Source: Octopus sinensis (taxonomy: Eukaryota). From it: DNA of 64,000 bases. This document shows positions 11,500 to 23,737 of the stretch, one piece after another. Numbering within the stretch: position 1 is the first letter of the stretch; the number at the start of each line of letters is the position of its first letter. The position numbers were made by a program, and so were the translations under genes. Location: assembly GCF_006345805.1 (NCBI RefSeq), contig NC_043003.1:29946001-30010000 (forward strand), given 5' to 3'. The notes below the pieces were generated by a model. That model ran no database searches and was not told the origin of the DNA. It saw only the letters and a program-made list of their open reading frames with translations.

Positions 11500-12085
11500 T
11501 AAAACGGTAAGATAACAAAAGAAAGAAAGAGACCTCAATATTATGTAAATAGAGGAAATTTATCTATACAATAATATGTTACATTACTCGATAGTCAAGA
11601 TAAAACTCTGAGTTTCAGATGCCGAAGTGGGAATCCACGACATCTCTTCGGTTATCGGGCTATTTGAAAACGCTATGAAAAAATACCGTTATACAAAGGG
11701 AAATTACTGTGTTATAACTCTGCTGCCTGCGTACTTATACATCGCTCGCATTTTTCGCCATAAAAATTATATAAAAATATATAAAATGTATGGTAGAAGG
11801 TGTGATGAGGTAAAAAAAACCCTCTTGGGACATAACATAGAAAGCATGTTCTATCTGTTTTCTTTAGGGGACCAAAAACGTAACAGAAATTTAGTCACAT
11901 ATGGGTATGATCCGAAAAGTTCTGTCCTTGTGTTTAGACATGTAGTAGTTTCGATGATACTGGACGAGCGAGCTCGCGTGTATGTTTGCATGCAAGTATG
12001 TATGTGTTATTTTAGTCTTTTTAATTTGGAATAAATTTTAACTGTAGCATGGTTGTGAAGGAAATATCCTGCTTTTGTTCATCAT

Positions 12086-12392
12086 ATCATCATCATCATC
12101 GTTTAACGTCCATTTTCCGTCCTAGCATGGGTTGGACGGTTCGACCGGGGTCTGGGAAGCCAGGAGGTTGCACCAGGCTCCAGTCTGATCTGGATGCCCT
12201 TCCTAACGCCAACCACTCCATGAGTGTAGTAGGTGCTTTTTACGTGCCACCGGCACAGGTGCCAGGGGAGTCTGGCATCGCCCACGATCGGTTGGTGCTT
12301 TTAACGTGCCAGTCAAGGCGGCGCTGGCATTGGCCACGTTTGGTTGGTGCTTTTTATGTCCCACCGGCACAGAAGCCAGTCGAGACGGCGCA
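12086..12392 (-). mobile_element. RTE 3' UTR fragment
   Basis: (atc)n tail followed by gtttaacgtccattttcc...gggttggacggttcgaccggg. Confidence 0.88.
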
Positions 12393-12654
12393 GAAAATCT
12401 TGGAGGTTTTTATAGTCTCAGATGTGACCATTTGTAGTGTATGAATTAAGGAATTGCGTTCTCTCCCCAAGAACCCTAGTTCACCCATACTTTTCTCTAG
12501 GCAAGTTCGTATGTAACCTGTTGCTCCATTAATGATAGGTATGAAACTGAAAGTGCATCTTGGATATTGGATTTGCAACTCCTGTATTTTTTAAAAACTA
12601 CATTGGTATCCAGAGGGCAGAACATATCTTTTCTTTGTGGTCCCCACACATCTG

Positions 12655-14190
12655 GCAGAAAGACTTCCTCCCCCCCACCTCCATTTCCTCCCAAATTTAT
12701 TTATTAAAAAAAATTTTTTTTTGGCAAAAACCCCCGTTTTCGGATACAGATATTCCGGAAAATTGCCAAGAATCGGCATTTTAAAATTTTCCCCCTTTCT
12801 CCCCCGTTCCCTCCACCCCCAATTTCTTCATTTCTGACTTTTTCCCTAATCCGGTGATCTTACGATACTAGTCACGTGACTGTCACTTACAAACCACGTG
12901 TGTTTATGTACATTTGTGAAGATGATCGTCGGTTTCCGTAAAATTTTTTATTTTTTTACATATGGGGTGTGGGGAAAGGGGATATTTTGAAGTGAAAGCG
13001 AAGGAGACAGAGGAAGCGTAATTTATGAGGGAAGTTCTTTTGAAGTTGGCGTGAATCAGAAGAATTGATGTGCATACGTGTGTGAGAGAGAGAGAGAGAG
13101 AGGGAGAGTGTGTGTATGTGTGTGTGTGTGTGTGTGCGTGTGTGTGTGTTTGATGGGGTGTGCAAGACAGAAAGGGTGGTGTGTATGTGAAGTGCTTTTG
13201 TTAGTGTGTGTGAAGAGACAGACAGACAGACAGAGAGAGAGAGTAATGTTGCTGTTATGTGTGTATGTGTGAGAGAGAAAGCGATAACTGAATTTTTTTG
13301 TAGTGAGTGAATGTGAGTGATTGACAGAGAAGCTAGAGAGAGAGGTTATGTATGTATGAATGGCTTCAGTGACACACACACGCACGCACGCGCACAGGTT
13401 GTTATGCATGTATGTATATATGTATACATAGATGTATGTATCGATGTATGGCCAAGAAAGAGAGAGTTAACTGAATTTTTTATTCACTTTTTGTAGTGAG
13501 TGAATGTGTGAGTGACTGACAGAGAAAAGGAGAGAAAGAGGTTATGTATGTATGTATGTATGGCTTCAGTGACACACACACACACAGACGGCATGCCAAT
13601 TTCAAAAGAACTTCCCCAATCCAATCGCGCTCTCTCTGTCTCTTTCGCTTTTACGTCGACTTGAAAAGATACCCTTCCCCCCTCATATGTAAAAAAAATT
13701 TTTAATCTACGGAAAGCGATGATCTTCACAAACATAAACAAAAACACGTTCACCATATTTTGACAACTATGGTACTCATACCGTAATTTATCCCCCTAAC
13801 TGTAACGCTAAAACCCTAATCCTAACCCCAAAACCCTAACCCTAAGCGTAACCGTAACTACAAAAATTTTTGTAATTTTTTTCTGAATCATAATCTCCAT
13901 ATTTTTTCGCATATTTTGAAAAAAAAAATTGTGAAAAAAAAGTTTTACAAAAATTTTGGAAATTTTTATCAGAATCATAATCTCCGTATTTTTCTGCATA
14001 TTCTGAGAAAAAGATTTTTCTGAAAAAAGTTAAAAATGAAGAAATTAGGGGTGGGGAAGGGTAATTTCAAAATGCCGATCTTTGCTTTTATTTTTCCCGA
14101 TTCGTACTCTCCGTAGCCGAAAATGGGGGTTTGTGTAGAAGAAAAAATAGAGGGAGTTGGTAGGTATAAAAGGAAGTCTTGCCCCACTGG
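12655..14190. mobile_element. Two nested pairs of diverged inverted repeats (MITE/foldback-like) around microsatellite DNA
   Basis: Outer pair about 12655-12835 and 14030-14190 (aagacttcc...aaacccccattttcgg...tcggcattt). Inner pair about 12895-13055 and 13590-13755 (gggaagttcttttgaa.ttggc). Confidence 0.6.
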
Positions 14191-14469
14191 CTGGCTGTGT
14201 TTTAACTTGGAATCTGTTTTAATTATGAAGTTCCACTAATATTCTTTTGACCCATCGATTTCAAAATAATCAAATTCGTCTGTGTTCTCATTTTTTGTTA
14301 TCCAGTTCCAAACTGTTGTGTTTGCCTCTCTCTCTCTCTCTCTCTCTGTTGAATAAGGTTTTAAAATAAACGGTTCTTAGTTCAAACCCGCTTCAGTACT
14401 ATATACATATCCAAGCATAAAATACCTGATAACAACCGATGGTCAAGACAGTCAAAGCATGATAATTAG

Positions 14470-15277
14470 ACCCCAGTGGACTAATTCTAACAGGGAAATG
14501 GATGAAGCTCTATCACAGTGGAGAGAGCTGGATTTGTCAATTCCGGTTGCAGTGGAGGATAGATCAATTTTCAAGGTGTCGCCTAGTTTCAACTAGTACA
14601 AAATTCTCAGGGGAGAATGTGGCCAACATTGGAAGGCTATTCAATCTAGATGGATTCTGCATCTCCATCGCACTTGGAGTGGGAGCTGACGTCTGTAGGG
14701 GACTGAGATGCCGCTGTAGTAGGCCCCTCGACCCCACAGGTCCTCACAGTCTGTCTTGCCACCTAAATGCTGGTCACTTCGCTCGTAACACCGAACTAAA
14801 CCTAATCACTAAGGGGGCTCTGACTCGAGTTAATACCTCCTCAGTTCTGGAGCCGTCGGGGTTATCCAGAAGTGATAGAAAGAAACCAGATGGATAAGGT
14901 AGGTACCTTATTTGGGACTCCACAGTCTGCGACTCCTTTGTTCCCTCCCACATCCTGGATGCTGTAGTTAATGGGAGGTCACTGCTTCCGTAGCCGAACG
15001 GAAGAAAACCCTGAAGTATTGGGACTTGGCAGTGAACTATCTCTTCCGACCTTTGGCGTTTGAGACGTTCGAAGGGTCTGGGCCACTAACCGCGAAGTTC
15101 TTGTCAACATTGACAGCTCATCTCACCTAGGTATTAAGTTATGCCTGTGAAGGTACTTGGCTTTTCTAACGCCTTAGCCTCGCCATCGCCCGTAGTAATG
15201 CTGTGAGCATGCAAGCTTACTTCAGTAGGTTCTGTTAAACCTTGTGATGTGTGACCAGTTGCTGTGATAAAAAAAAG
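14470..15277 (+). mobile_element. Degenerate 3' end of a CRE-like non-LTR retrotransposon with restriction-like endonuclease
   Basis: CRCSRPLDPTGPHSLSC zinc motif, LEPSGLSRSDRKKPDG...LIWDSTVCD, AERKKTLKYWDL...FRPLAFETF and RLSLAIARSNA. These are typical of the CRE C-terminus. Several stops; A-tail at about 15270. Confidence 0.8.
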
Positions 15278-16266
15278 CCCCACAAATGGTTTCAATACAG
15301 TTTTAACAGAAAGATTTGGAAGAATTAGATGAAAGTTCTCCTGTAACTTTCATGTAAATAAATGTTTATTCTAATTTTAAATTTTGCCAAGATCTTATAA
15401 AATGACAATGTTCTAAAAGTTGTAGATGTTTATGTGTTGTATATGAAAATAAAAACTCTATTAAACTATAATAGTAAATGAAATTTGGGTAAATTTTCAT
15501 CCTTTCACCCTATAACGGTAGAGTTTTAAGTAGAAGTCGAGGCTCACCAGTTGTAACGATAAAGTTTTGGTTCTTAGGAAGGCTGCAATTCTCTTGTTCG
15601 TGGTCACCAGTTGTAACGTGTTTAAATTTGTTGTTATAATTGCATACTGTGTTGTATGAACAATGCATAAAGTTTTAAGGGAGTATTTATTTACCGTTAC
15701 GTTACAAATACCTTGCCTCGACGGGCAGGTTATGATAAATCCAAAAGCACGCGAAGTGAAGTTTGTGTTTGTGTCCTCTTCATTGTTTAGTAGTAAATAC
15801 AGATAGCGATAGAATGATGTTGTAAGAGAACAGAATTAGAGCTAGTGAGAGTTGTAGGGTGTGGGACGTTGTCTCACAGTTGCCGACAGTAAACTTCCTT
15901 TCTCCCTCTGACCAAGGCTAGTCAGCCAGACCTCGTTGAGTCGTCACCAAAGTGACTTACTGATTTTTGCTTGGGGTATGCTTGCTTATATAACTATCCA
16001 GAAGGATAGATATATCATTGAGAACAATAGATTTAGTTGGTGGTCTTGTTATCTCTATTCTAGCTTTTGGTGAAGTAGAAGGGGTTAGAAAGGGTCAAGC
16101 GGTGAAGACATTATTTCGGCCTAGCCAAAGGCATCTGGAAAATGTAAAGCTGCTGTCAGAGAAAAACCATTGTTCCATCGTGGGAAAAGTTCTGTTGCCG
16201 TGGTAATTTAAATTTGGCTATGGTGGATCGAATCCACTTCATGCTTGCAAAATCCACTACAACCCA

Positions 16267-16800
16267 CACGATTTTCACTAAGAAAAAAAAAACTCGGATT
16301 TTTTGCGTGGAATCAAATACCCTGATCTAATATGCTGCAAACTCTTATTTTTGTTCGGTGGACTGGACCCACCCCCACCCCATCCCAGAATCTTTGGAAA
16401 TTCTTTTCTTTTTTCGTTGAATGAATTTCTGTGACCTCCTTATATACTACAAAACACTTTTTTCGGGTTCGGAAAACAGGATGGGGTGAGGTGGAAGCTT
16501 CGGAAATTTCACCCCCCCCCCACCTCCACTGATCTTTTCACTTGCACGATTTTCACTAAGAAAAAAAAAACTCGGATTTATAGCATGGAATCAAGTACCC
16601 TGACCTCCCAATATGCTGCAAACCCCTTATTTCTGTTCGGAAAAAAGGGCAGGTGGGAAACCGAACTCCCCCTCCCTATCCCGGAATCATTGGAATTATT
16701 ATTTTTTTCGTTGACTGAATTCCGGTGACCTAATATGCTACAAATTCCTTTTTGGGATCCGGAAAACGGGATGATGTGGAACCCACGGAAATTTCACCCA
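16267..16800 (+). repeat. Diverged tandem duplication with a 278-bp period
   Basis: cacgattttcactaagaaaaaaaaaactcggattt starts at both 16267 and 16545, and similarity continues to cggaaatttcacc. Confidence 0.8.
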
Positions 16801-17130
16801 CACCCCCATTTTCAAATATTTTTTGCTATTTCTTTCTTTACCTATAATTTTAGATAACATTTTGCAGAAATGTTTTCGAGAGAGTGTGGATTACATTAGA
16901 TTGAAAATTCAAAGAAGTTTGAAATGAATAAGTGAAAATACAAAGGTTTCAGAAGTTAGTGGTAACGAAATGTGGAGAGATAAACGATAAATTCTTCTTA
17001 AAAAAAAAAAACACGTTAGAGTTTTTGCATGTATGAGTGAAACGGAGTAAAAGTATATTAACAAAATATCCTTTTCCACCCTCTTAAAATCACTGGATAT
17101 ATATAATAATCTCGAATAGATTTTCCTAGC

Positions 17131-17206
17131 TTGCCAGTCCTCATTCAAACTGTCCAACCCATGCCAGAATGGAAAGCAGACTTTAAACGATGATGGTGAT
17201 GATGAT
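17131..17206 (+). mobile_element. Short RTE 3' end fragment
   Basis: gtccaacccatgccagaatggaaagcagactttaaacgatgatggtgatgatgatg. Confidence 0.7.
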
Positions 17207-19098
17207 GTATAATGATGTATATAAAATGCCAGTCAAGTACTGAAATCGATGGTGTGTACTAAAGCCCCTTTCCATTGGGGTTGCTGATCTTGTGCCAAAT
17301 TTAAAAACAATTAGTCAGATATTAATAATTGATTCAAGTCGATCGTGAAAATGCAATAGCAGTCACCGAAATTAATGTTTAATACACCGGTCCATACTGT
17401 TATATGAAAAGAATGTATTACGTACTTATTAGCTTTTATGTATTTAGTAACAATAGATAAAGAAAATATTTTACGAAAGTAAGGCTGATACATTGGCTTT
17501 ATATTGGGATATATATCAGGTGGTAAGTTCCTCACAACCACTTCAGACTTAGTGTCTGCAGCTTAATATATTCATTTTTCAATGTTATTGAACTAAATAG
17601 GGTGGATAAACATAAGTAAAACTGTAAGTTGACCTTTTGTCAGTTGCTAATAAGTTGAAGGTTTTCAGTATAATCGTCTGCCCCATGTCCTGTGATATTT
17701 TAAGCCTCGTCGTAAGAAAGCAACATGCTGAATACAAAGGTGTAATCGTAAAAATTTGCCGGAAAAGGGCACGGTTTAGGGGCAAACATGTAAAAAAAAA
17801 AACCGAATTTTGAGGACAAAAGATTATTTCGCAGAAAGAAACAACCACAACTTCCTTGTCCTTTTCCTTCTCCCTGAAATAATGATAGCTAATAGAAAGT
17901 CCGCCGATCAATGATTACACCCGTCTCGTGAGACAGGTGTAATAGTCAAATTTTATCAAAACAAATTCAAAATATCAACCACAAACACCACTTAAGTTAG
18001 TTGGTCAGATAGTTTGTTGTTTACCGTCTCTGGAAAAGTCACCGATTATCAGTCACGTATTCCAGCTGTCTACTTGAAGTGTCAGTTATAATGATCACAC
18101 AATTTTTTTTTTAATCAGAGGGTGGTGTGACTTCTTTTGAATGTTTCTGAAATATTCCACTGATTGAAATAATTTTTTTAAATATTGACTTATTTGGAGG
18201 TCGATAAATTTAGGGATAAAAAACTCATCGAAAGGTTTTGGCAGGATGTAAAAGGTTGGCTTAAGAGACTACATTTTCAATCAAAATAACTATATCTGCT
18301 TGGCAAAGTATTTGTTCATTTCTTCCATTGTAGATAAGAAAATTATTTCGCCACTTCTTGGTTCTGGCAACCAATATATACCATCCTCTCTCAGACAGCT
18401 ACCGACCCATTCATTACATTAAAATTTAGATTCAGAGTCGGAGAATGAGGAAGAGCCTTAGCCTATCTTTGTATTAAGTGTTATGGGTTGGTTTACATAA
18501 CTAGTGATTTCTGACGGTTTTGAGAGTCATATAGGTTCAAAACACATCAGAAAACCAGAAGAAAAACAAAAATTTACTAAAATAAGGACCAGCAAAATAC
18601 TGGGATCTATTTAATCGATTATTCCCCTCCTTCCCAAAATTGTGGCCTTCTTCTTTAATGCAGAACTTTGTGGATTACTAACATGCAAAATAATCCGATA
18701 GCAAAATACCTTACTGTCCGTTTTTTTTATCTTCGTTGTTAAAATGTTTGTCTATGCGAGAAATCATTTTCGGTAAATATTAAACCCTATTAAAATTCAG
18801 TGAAACCACTTGTCCCTATATTGTCTTTTATCTCTGGATAATTCTTAAAAAAGTATTAATCCCATTAATGATCTTCGCATTAATTTCAGGTTTTATTAAA
18901 AACGCCTATTTACTGTTCACCAATTTATTTAGCAAAATTAATTAGTGCTATCAGCTTTCTAGAGTTTATCTCACTGCAATAGATGAAATTTCCGTTACTG
19001 TTCTCTAAACAACAAATGTTTTCTTGACAGAGAAATCTGTCAAGAGAACATATGTTATTTAGTGCCTCTCTGTCGTTCCATTGGCTTGTTGGCTTCTC

Positions 19099-19119
19099 AA
19101 CATCACCATCTCGGTATGG

Positions 19120-19158
<39 letters not shown>
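19099..19158. repeat. (TA)n microsatellite
   Basis: About 30 uninterrupted TA units. Similar tracts occur near 11460, 29770 and 54850. Confidence 0.98.
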
Positions 19159-19182
<24 letters not shown>

Positions 19183-19382
19183 TTTCCTTCACCACTTACA
19201 TCTATCGTTATTTAGCACTCCAATGCCACTTGAGAGGGTGTTAAATTCAGATCCAGTGAGAGCCTCTACCTTTCCCGACCTGCTAGAAACGGCAGCTAAA
19301 TCTCATTTAATGCCCTAAAAATAGGACATATATATAGTTAACCCTACTGTTGATTACATTACGTTTGAACAAATAATTGTAT

Positions 19383-19894
19383 GACTACAAAGAATACCCT
19401 CCATCAGGCATTTGCCATATCCTGAACGCCTTACTTCCCTGGGCATGGGCACATTGAAACTCCGACGTCTGGCAGCTGACTTGGTAGACACCCATAAAAT
19501 TATCAACCATCGTACAAACAATAACTCTGAGCACCTTTTCAAACTCCACCCATCTAACACTCGTGGACATATTTACAAAGTCAGAAAACAGCACAGCTCC
19601 CATGACTTCAGGAAACATTTTTTCACGCTGAGAGTTGCTGAAGCATGGAACAAACTGCCGGCATCAGTTGTTAGTTGTCGGAGCACTGCATCCTTCAAAA
19701 CTTCCAAGCTTTCTGAGATTCGCCAATACTACACCTGATTTTCTCCCCTCCATTCACACACAAGCATGTATCTGTCTCATACATTGTTCGCTTTCCAGAC
19801 ATTTTTACATTACTGCATGTACTTTATATGCACTTTCTGACAAGTTGTGGTGCACCTGAGCACTGTATACAATAATTTCATTATTATTATTATT
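19383..19894 (+). mobile_element. CR1-like LINE 3' end with (ATT)n tail
   Basis: YPERLTSLGM.TLKLRRLAADL...TRGHIYKVRK...RKHFFTLRVAEAWNKLP, followed by a 3' UTR and an attattatt tail. Confidence 0.9.
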
Positions 19895-19919
19895 AAATGA
19901 AATATTTTCAACCACAGAT

Positions 19920-20290
19920 CCGCTAAACGACTACAATAACTTTGGCTGGGCAAACCAACTTCGACGACACGGTTTTTACGTTAAATGGGAGACAAGTGTT
20001 CATATTCGTTGATCACTTTCAGCATTAACAGATACAAGTATTATTATAATCACTTCTGTCAAATGTGTGCAAACAAGTCTTTTAAGTGTAGAAAAACTGT
20101 GCTACTAACAATCTCGGGCCGACTAAATTTTGTGAGTAAATTTAGTCTGCGGAAACAAAAGAAGACCATCGCGCACGCGCGTTTGTTCGTGTCTTGACAT
20201 GTTTCTGATCTGTGAACGTGTCCAGATATAAGGGAAATATCTTGCCTGGAAACCGATAAGAGTTGTCGGCAAGAAGGATATCTAGCAGTA
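19920..20290 (+). promoter_or_regulatory. Candidate promoter of the zinc-finger gene
   Basis: CpG-containing unique DNA just before a CpG-poor domain. cgcgcacgcgcg at 20170-20181 fits the NRF1-type consensus YGCGCAYGCGCR. Function is inferred. Confidence 0.4.
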
Positions 20291-21420
20291 GAAAACTACC
20301 TCAGTGAATTTCATCTCAGCCATACAAGCATAGAAAAATGGACATTAAAGCAATTATGATGATTGTATACATATAACTCGTATATCTCATCATTTTCGTG
20401 TCCACTTTTCTGTGCTTGCTTTGGTCAAATAGAATTCATTGAGGCACATTTTCCACAGTTCATGCCTTTCCTGTCACCAACTCTCATGTTTCCAATCATA
20501 AGGGTAAATATTTCTCCATCACCAGATTTGTTTATGCAGAGGACTGGAAATGAAGAACACTACTTGCTTACAACTATTATGTGATGTCAAAACAAAGAAA
20601 TACAAATACCCACATGTACACGTGTGCGTGTGTGTATAAGAAGAAAATGGAGATTGGGAAGTTAATAATTGTTTGTATATATACATCCCTTTAGCATTTA
20701 AACCAGCCTTATCTAGCCCAAATAGTCTGCCCATTTTATTTTCAAACTGGCCATATCCAATCTCTCACACATACTCTACAATGTTATTCTTAAGATAACA
20801 AACACATCATTGAAATCTTGAAGCTATGAGATAATGCATGATTAATTCAAAACAGTGTGAATAAATAAGCATTGCATTTGACTGAGTTAATCTGAATGCT
20901 GGAGGCTTTACACTCCAGTTCAACTCTACCACCTGGTCTTTTGGTTTCTTTTGCAGCACTCTCATTGCAAGCATGCAGATCAGGTTCCCAGTTGGAAAAT
21001 AACTATGTTCCTCTTACCAGCTTCCAATGCACTGGAAAAAAAGAAAGAGAGCCTTGTGTGTTGCCTTTTTCTCCTTGACTAAATGTAATTAAAAAAAAGA
21101 TCCTAACCATGACCATCCCACCTTTTATCCTAACCCAAGCTGAAAACTTTCTGTATTAATCTCATTCTCAAGAACAGAAATACTTATGAAGATGTAAAAC
21201 TCTTTCCTTTTTCAGATTTACAAATAGAAATGAGAAAAAAAGTAAAAATGAAAATTACTAAGCTTCACATTTCCAACAGCTTATATTGATAAAAAAAAAT
21301 ATCCACAGAGTGCATGACTACTTGCTCTAGTGTAGCAAATATGGCAGTTTAAAACAAAACTGGCACAGCTAGCAACTAATGGGAAAATGAAAGGGGGATA
21401 CACACATATATATGTATATT

Positions 21421-21590
21421 TAGGTGCAGGCATGACTATAGTTTAGAAGTTCCATTTGCAATTACATAGTTTGGGGTTCAGTCCCATTGTATGGCACCTT
21501 GAGCAAGCAACTTCTACAATAATCAGAGGTCAGCTAATGGAAGCCTGTGTGGTTAAGAAATTCGCTTCCCAATGTCATGTTCAGTCCCAT
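21421..21590 (+). mobile_element. Degenerate tRNA-headed SINE of a second family; similar remnants near 38100-38230 and 52620-52700
   Basis: ggggttcagtcccattgtatggcaccttgagcaag...cttctac head and body. Confidence 0.55.
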
Positions 21591-22600
21591 TGCATTATAA
21601 TTAATTCATCTTGCTGCTTATCTGAATATAATTTTGTGATTGGAATAACTCAGTTTTGTTATTATTAGTTTGTGGAGGAAGAGCTGTTCTATGGAACAGA
21701 TGAAGTTAAAAATAAACTCTCATTCTATTCTATAACATAACTGCTGTTGATGTTTGTGTGTTTAGACAATTTCTTTTTTTTTTATTCCACTTTTTCATTT
21801 AAAGTATCTGGTCTAGTCTTTTTGTTATAACATTTTATTGTTCTTTAACCCTTTTGATATCAACCCACCTGTGACTGCCTCTGGTTCTATAATACAAGCT
21901 TCCTTTTAAAGTGATCTAAATTAAAACCTTCCTTCAAAAATTCCATGTTAATTTATGTCCCAAACTTCAGTTTAATAATGACAAAGTTATATCACAAAAT
22001 TCTTCATTATTTTCAAAATTAATTGAAACAAAGACAGTGTATTTCAGCAATATGGTACCAAAAGGGTTAACTCTTATTGTCTTTAATTGAATTTTAATCT
22101 TATACCATCATCTATTTCAGGGTATAACATGGTGAAATTGGCACAAAAATACCTCACCAATAGTTCATTTATAACTTTATCAGATTGTGTATTCTAGAGA
22201 ATGACTTTATTGAGGATCAAGGACATGTGATGCTGTTTCTATAACCTTTATTGAATTACTTAGAAAATATTTGTACCAAACAGTGGTTGCAAAGATTTCT
22301 TATGTTGATTTCATTGATATCTTTGATGATGGTGGAGAGGGAAAAATAAACCATAAACTGAAATTTCCACTCTGATGCATAATGTTGTAAAAATGTTGAA
22401 TTCTAGTTGAAGATCATTTCATTAAGAGAAAGGTTTCCAAAATTTTTGTTTGTTTGTTTGTTTGTTTTTTTGTATGAATAAGTGTTTTACAAATTTTCTC
22501 ATTTATCACCATCTGAAAAATATAATCTGTTGGTAATGATTTGTAAGGATTTCTGAAATGTTTCTTTTCTATTAGTATAGTTTAGTTTTAAATCAAGTCC

Positions 22601-23737
22601 ATGGAAGGTAAGGGTGAAACACAGTCTGAAACTAGTGATTTAACTCCTCACACTGAAGTAAATAAAAAGAAGAAATCATATCCTTGTGACATTTGCGGAA
22701 AGACATTCTCACAAAGTAGTAATGTAATTCAGCATAAATTAATTCACTCTGGTTCAAAACCTTATGCTTGTGGTGTTTGTGGTAAGAGGTTCACTGCAAA
22801 TAGTTCTCTTTCTTGTCATAAACGGATCCACACAGGGGAAAGACCCTACAACTGTAATGTCTGTGGTAAAGCATTTACAATCAAAAGCAATTTGACAAGC
22901 CATGAACGCATACATTCTGGAGAGAAGCCATTTCATTGTGAAGTATGTGGCAAAACATTAGCTCGCAGTACAGAGTTAGCTCATCATATACGGACACACA
23001 CAGGGGAAAAACCATATCAGTGTGATGTTTGTGACAAGGCATTCTCTAAAAAGGATTCTTTGGTACGCCACCAACGTATTCATACCGGAGAGAAACCATA
23101 CAGCTGTGATATTTGTGGAAGAACATTCTCTCTAAAGGGTTCTTTATCCACTCACCAGCGAACTCATGAAGATAAGTTATCGTATCAGTGTAATATATGT
23201 GGTAAAATATTATATCGAAAACATGATTTAGTGAGGCATAATTGTGCTCGCACTCTACAGAGACGATTTATATGCAATGTTTGTGGTGAAGAGTTTCTTC
23301 AGAAATGTCATTTATTTAACCACAAACAAACTCATGCAGGAGAAAAACCATACCACTGTGACATTTGTGATAAACCATTCTCACAGAAAAATCAACTGCT
23401 TGTCCACAAACGTACACACACAGGAGAAAAACCTTATAACTGTGATATCTGTGGTTATATGTTCTCTCAGAAAGGTCATTTGTCTCGTCACAGACGAATT
23501 CACACTGGTGATAAACTATACCTCTGTGATATCTGTGGTAAAAGTTTCTCTCGATGTAATAATTTGTCATCTCATGTGCGCACACATACGGGTGAGAAAC
23601 CATTTGAATGTGATGTCTGCGGTGAAGCTTTCACCGTAAATAGTCAATTATCTACTCACAAAGGTATTCACAGAAGAAACAATACATATTTCACAGTGAA
23701 TATTGTCACTAAGACATTTAAACCTCCTGACAATTAA
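22601..23737 (+). CDS. Intact C2H2 zinc-finger protein, 378 aa, 12 tandem fingers (finger 7 atypical), single coding exon
   Basis: Repeated CxxC-x12-HxxxH with TGEKP(Y/F) linkers and no stops. Acceptor tttcttttctattag at 22561-22575. Confidence 0.96.
   Translation: MEGKGETQSETSDLTPHTEVNKKKKSYPCDICGKTFSQSSNVIQHKLIHSGSKPYACGVCGKRFTANSSLSCHKRIHTGERPYNCNVCGKAFTIKSNLTSHERIHSGEKPFHCEVCGKTLARSTELAHHIRTHTGEKPYQCDVCDKAFSKKDSLVRHQRIHTGEKPYSCDICGRTFSLKGSLSTHQRTHEDKLSYQCNICGKILYRKHDLVRHNCARTLQRRFICNVCGEEFLQKCHLFNHKQTHAGEKPYHCDICDKPFSQKNQLLVHKRTHTGEKPYNCDICGYMFSQKGHLSRHRRIHTGDKLYLCDICGKSFSRCNNLSSHVRTHTGEKPFECDVCGEAFTVNSQLSTHKGIHRRNNTYFTVNIVTKTFKPPDN

Noticed and set aside
2398-13756. Many short ORFs rich in CVCV, HTHT or YIYI
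   Set aside because: They are microsatellite translations.
13810-13860. Telomere or interstitial telomeric array
   Set aside because: Only a few imperfect TAACCC units are present, inside a repeat element.
22754-23639. Extra ORFs overlapping the zinc-finger gene, and similar ones over LINE fragments
   Set aside because: These are shadow frames of a repetitive coding sequence.
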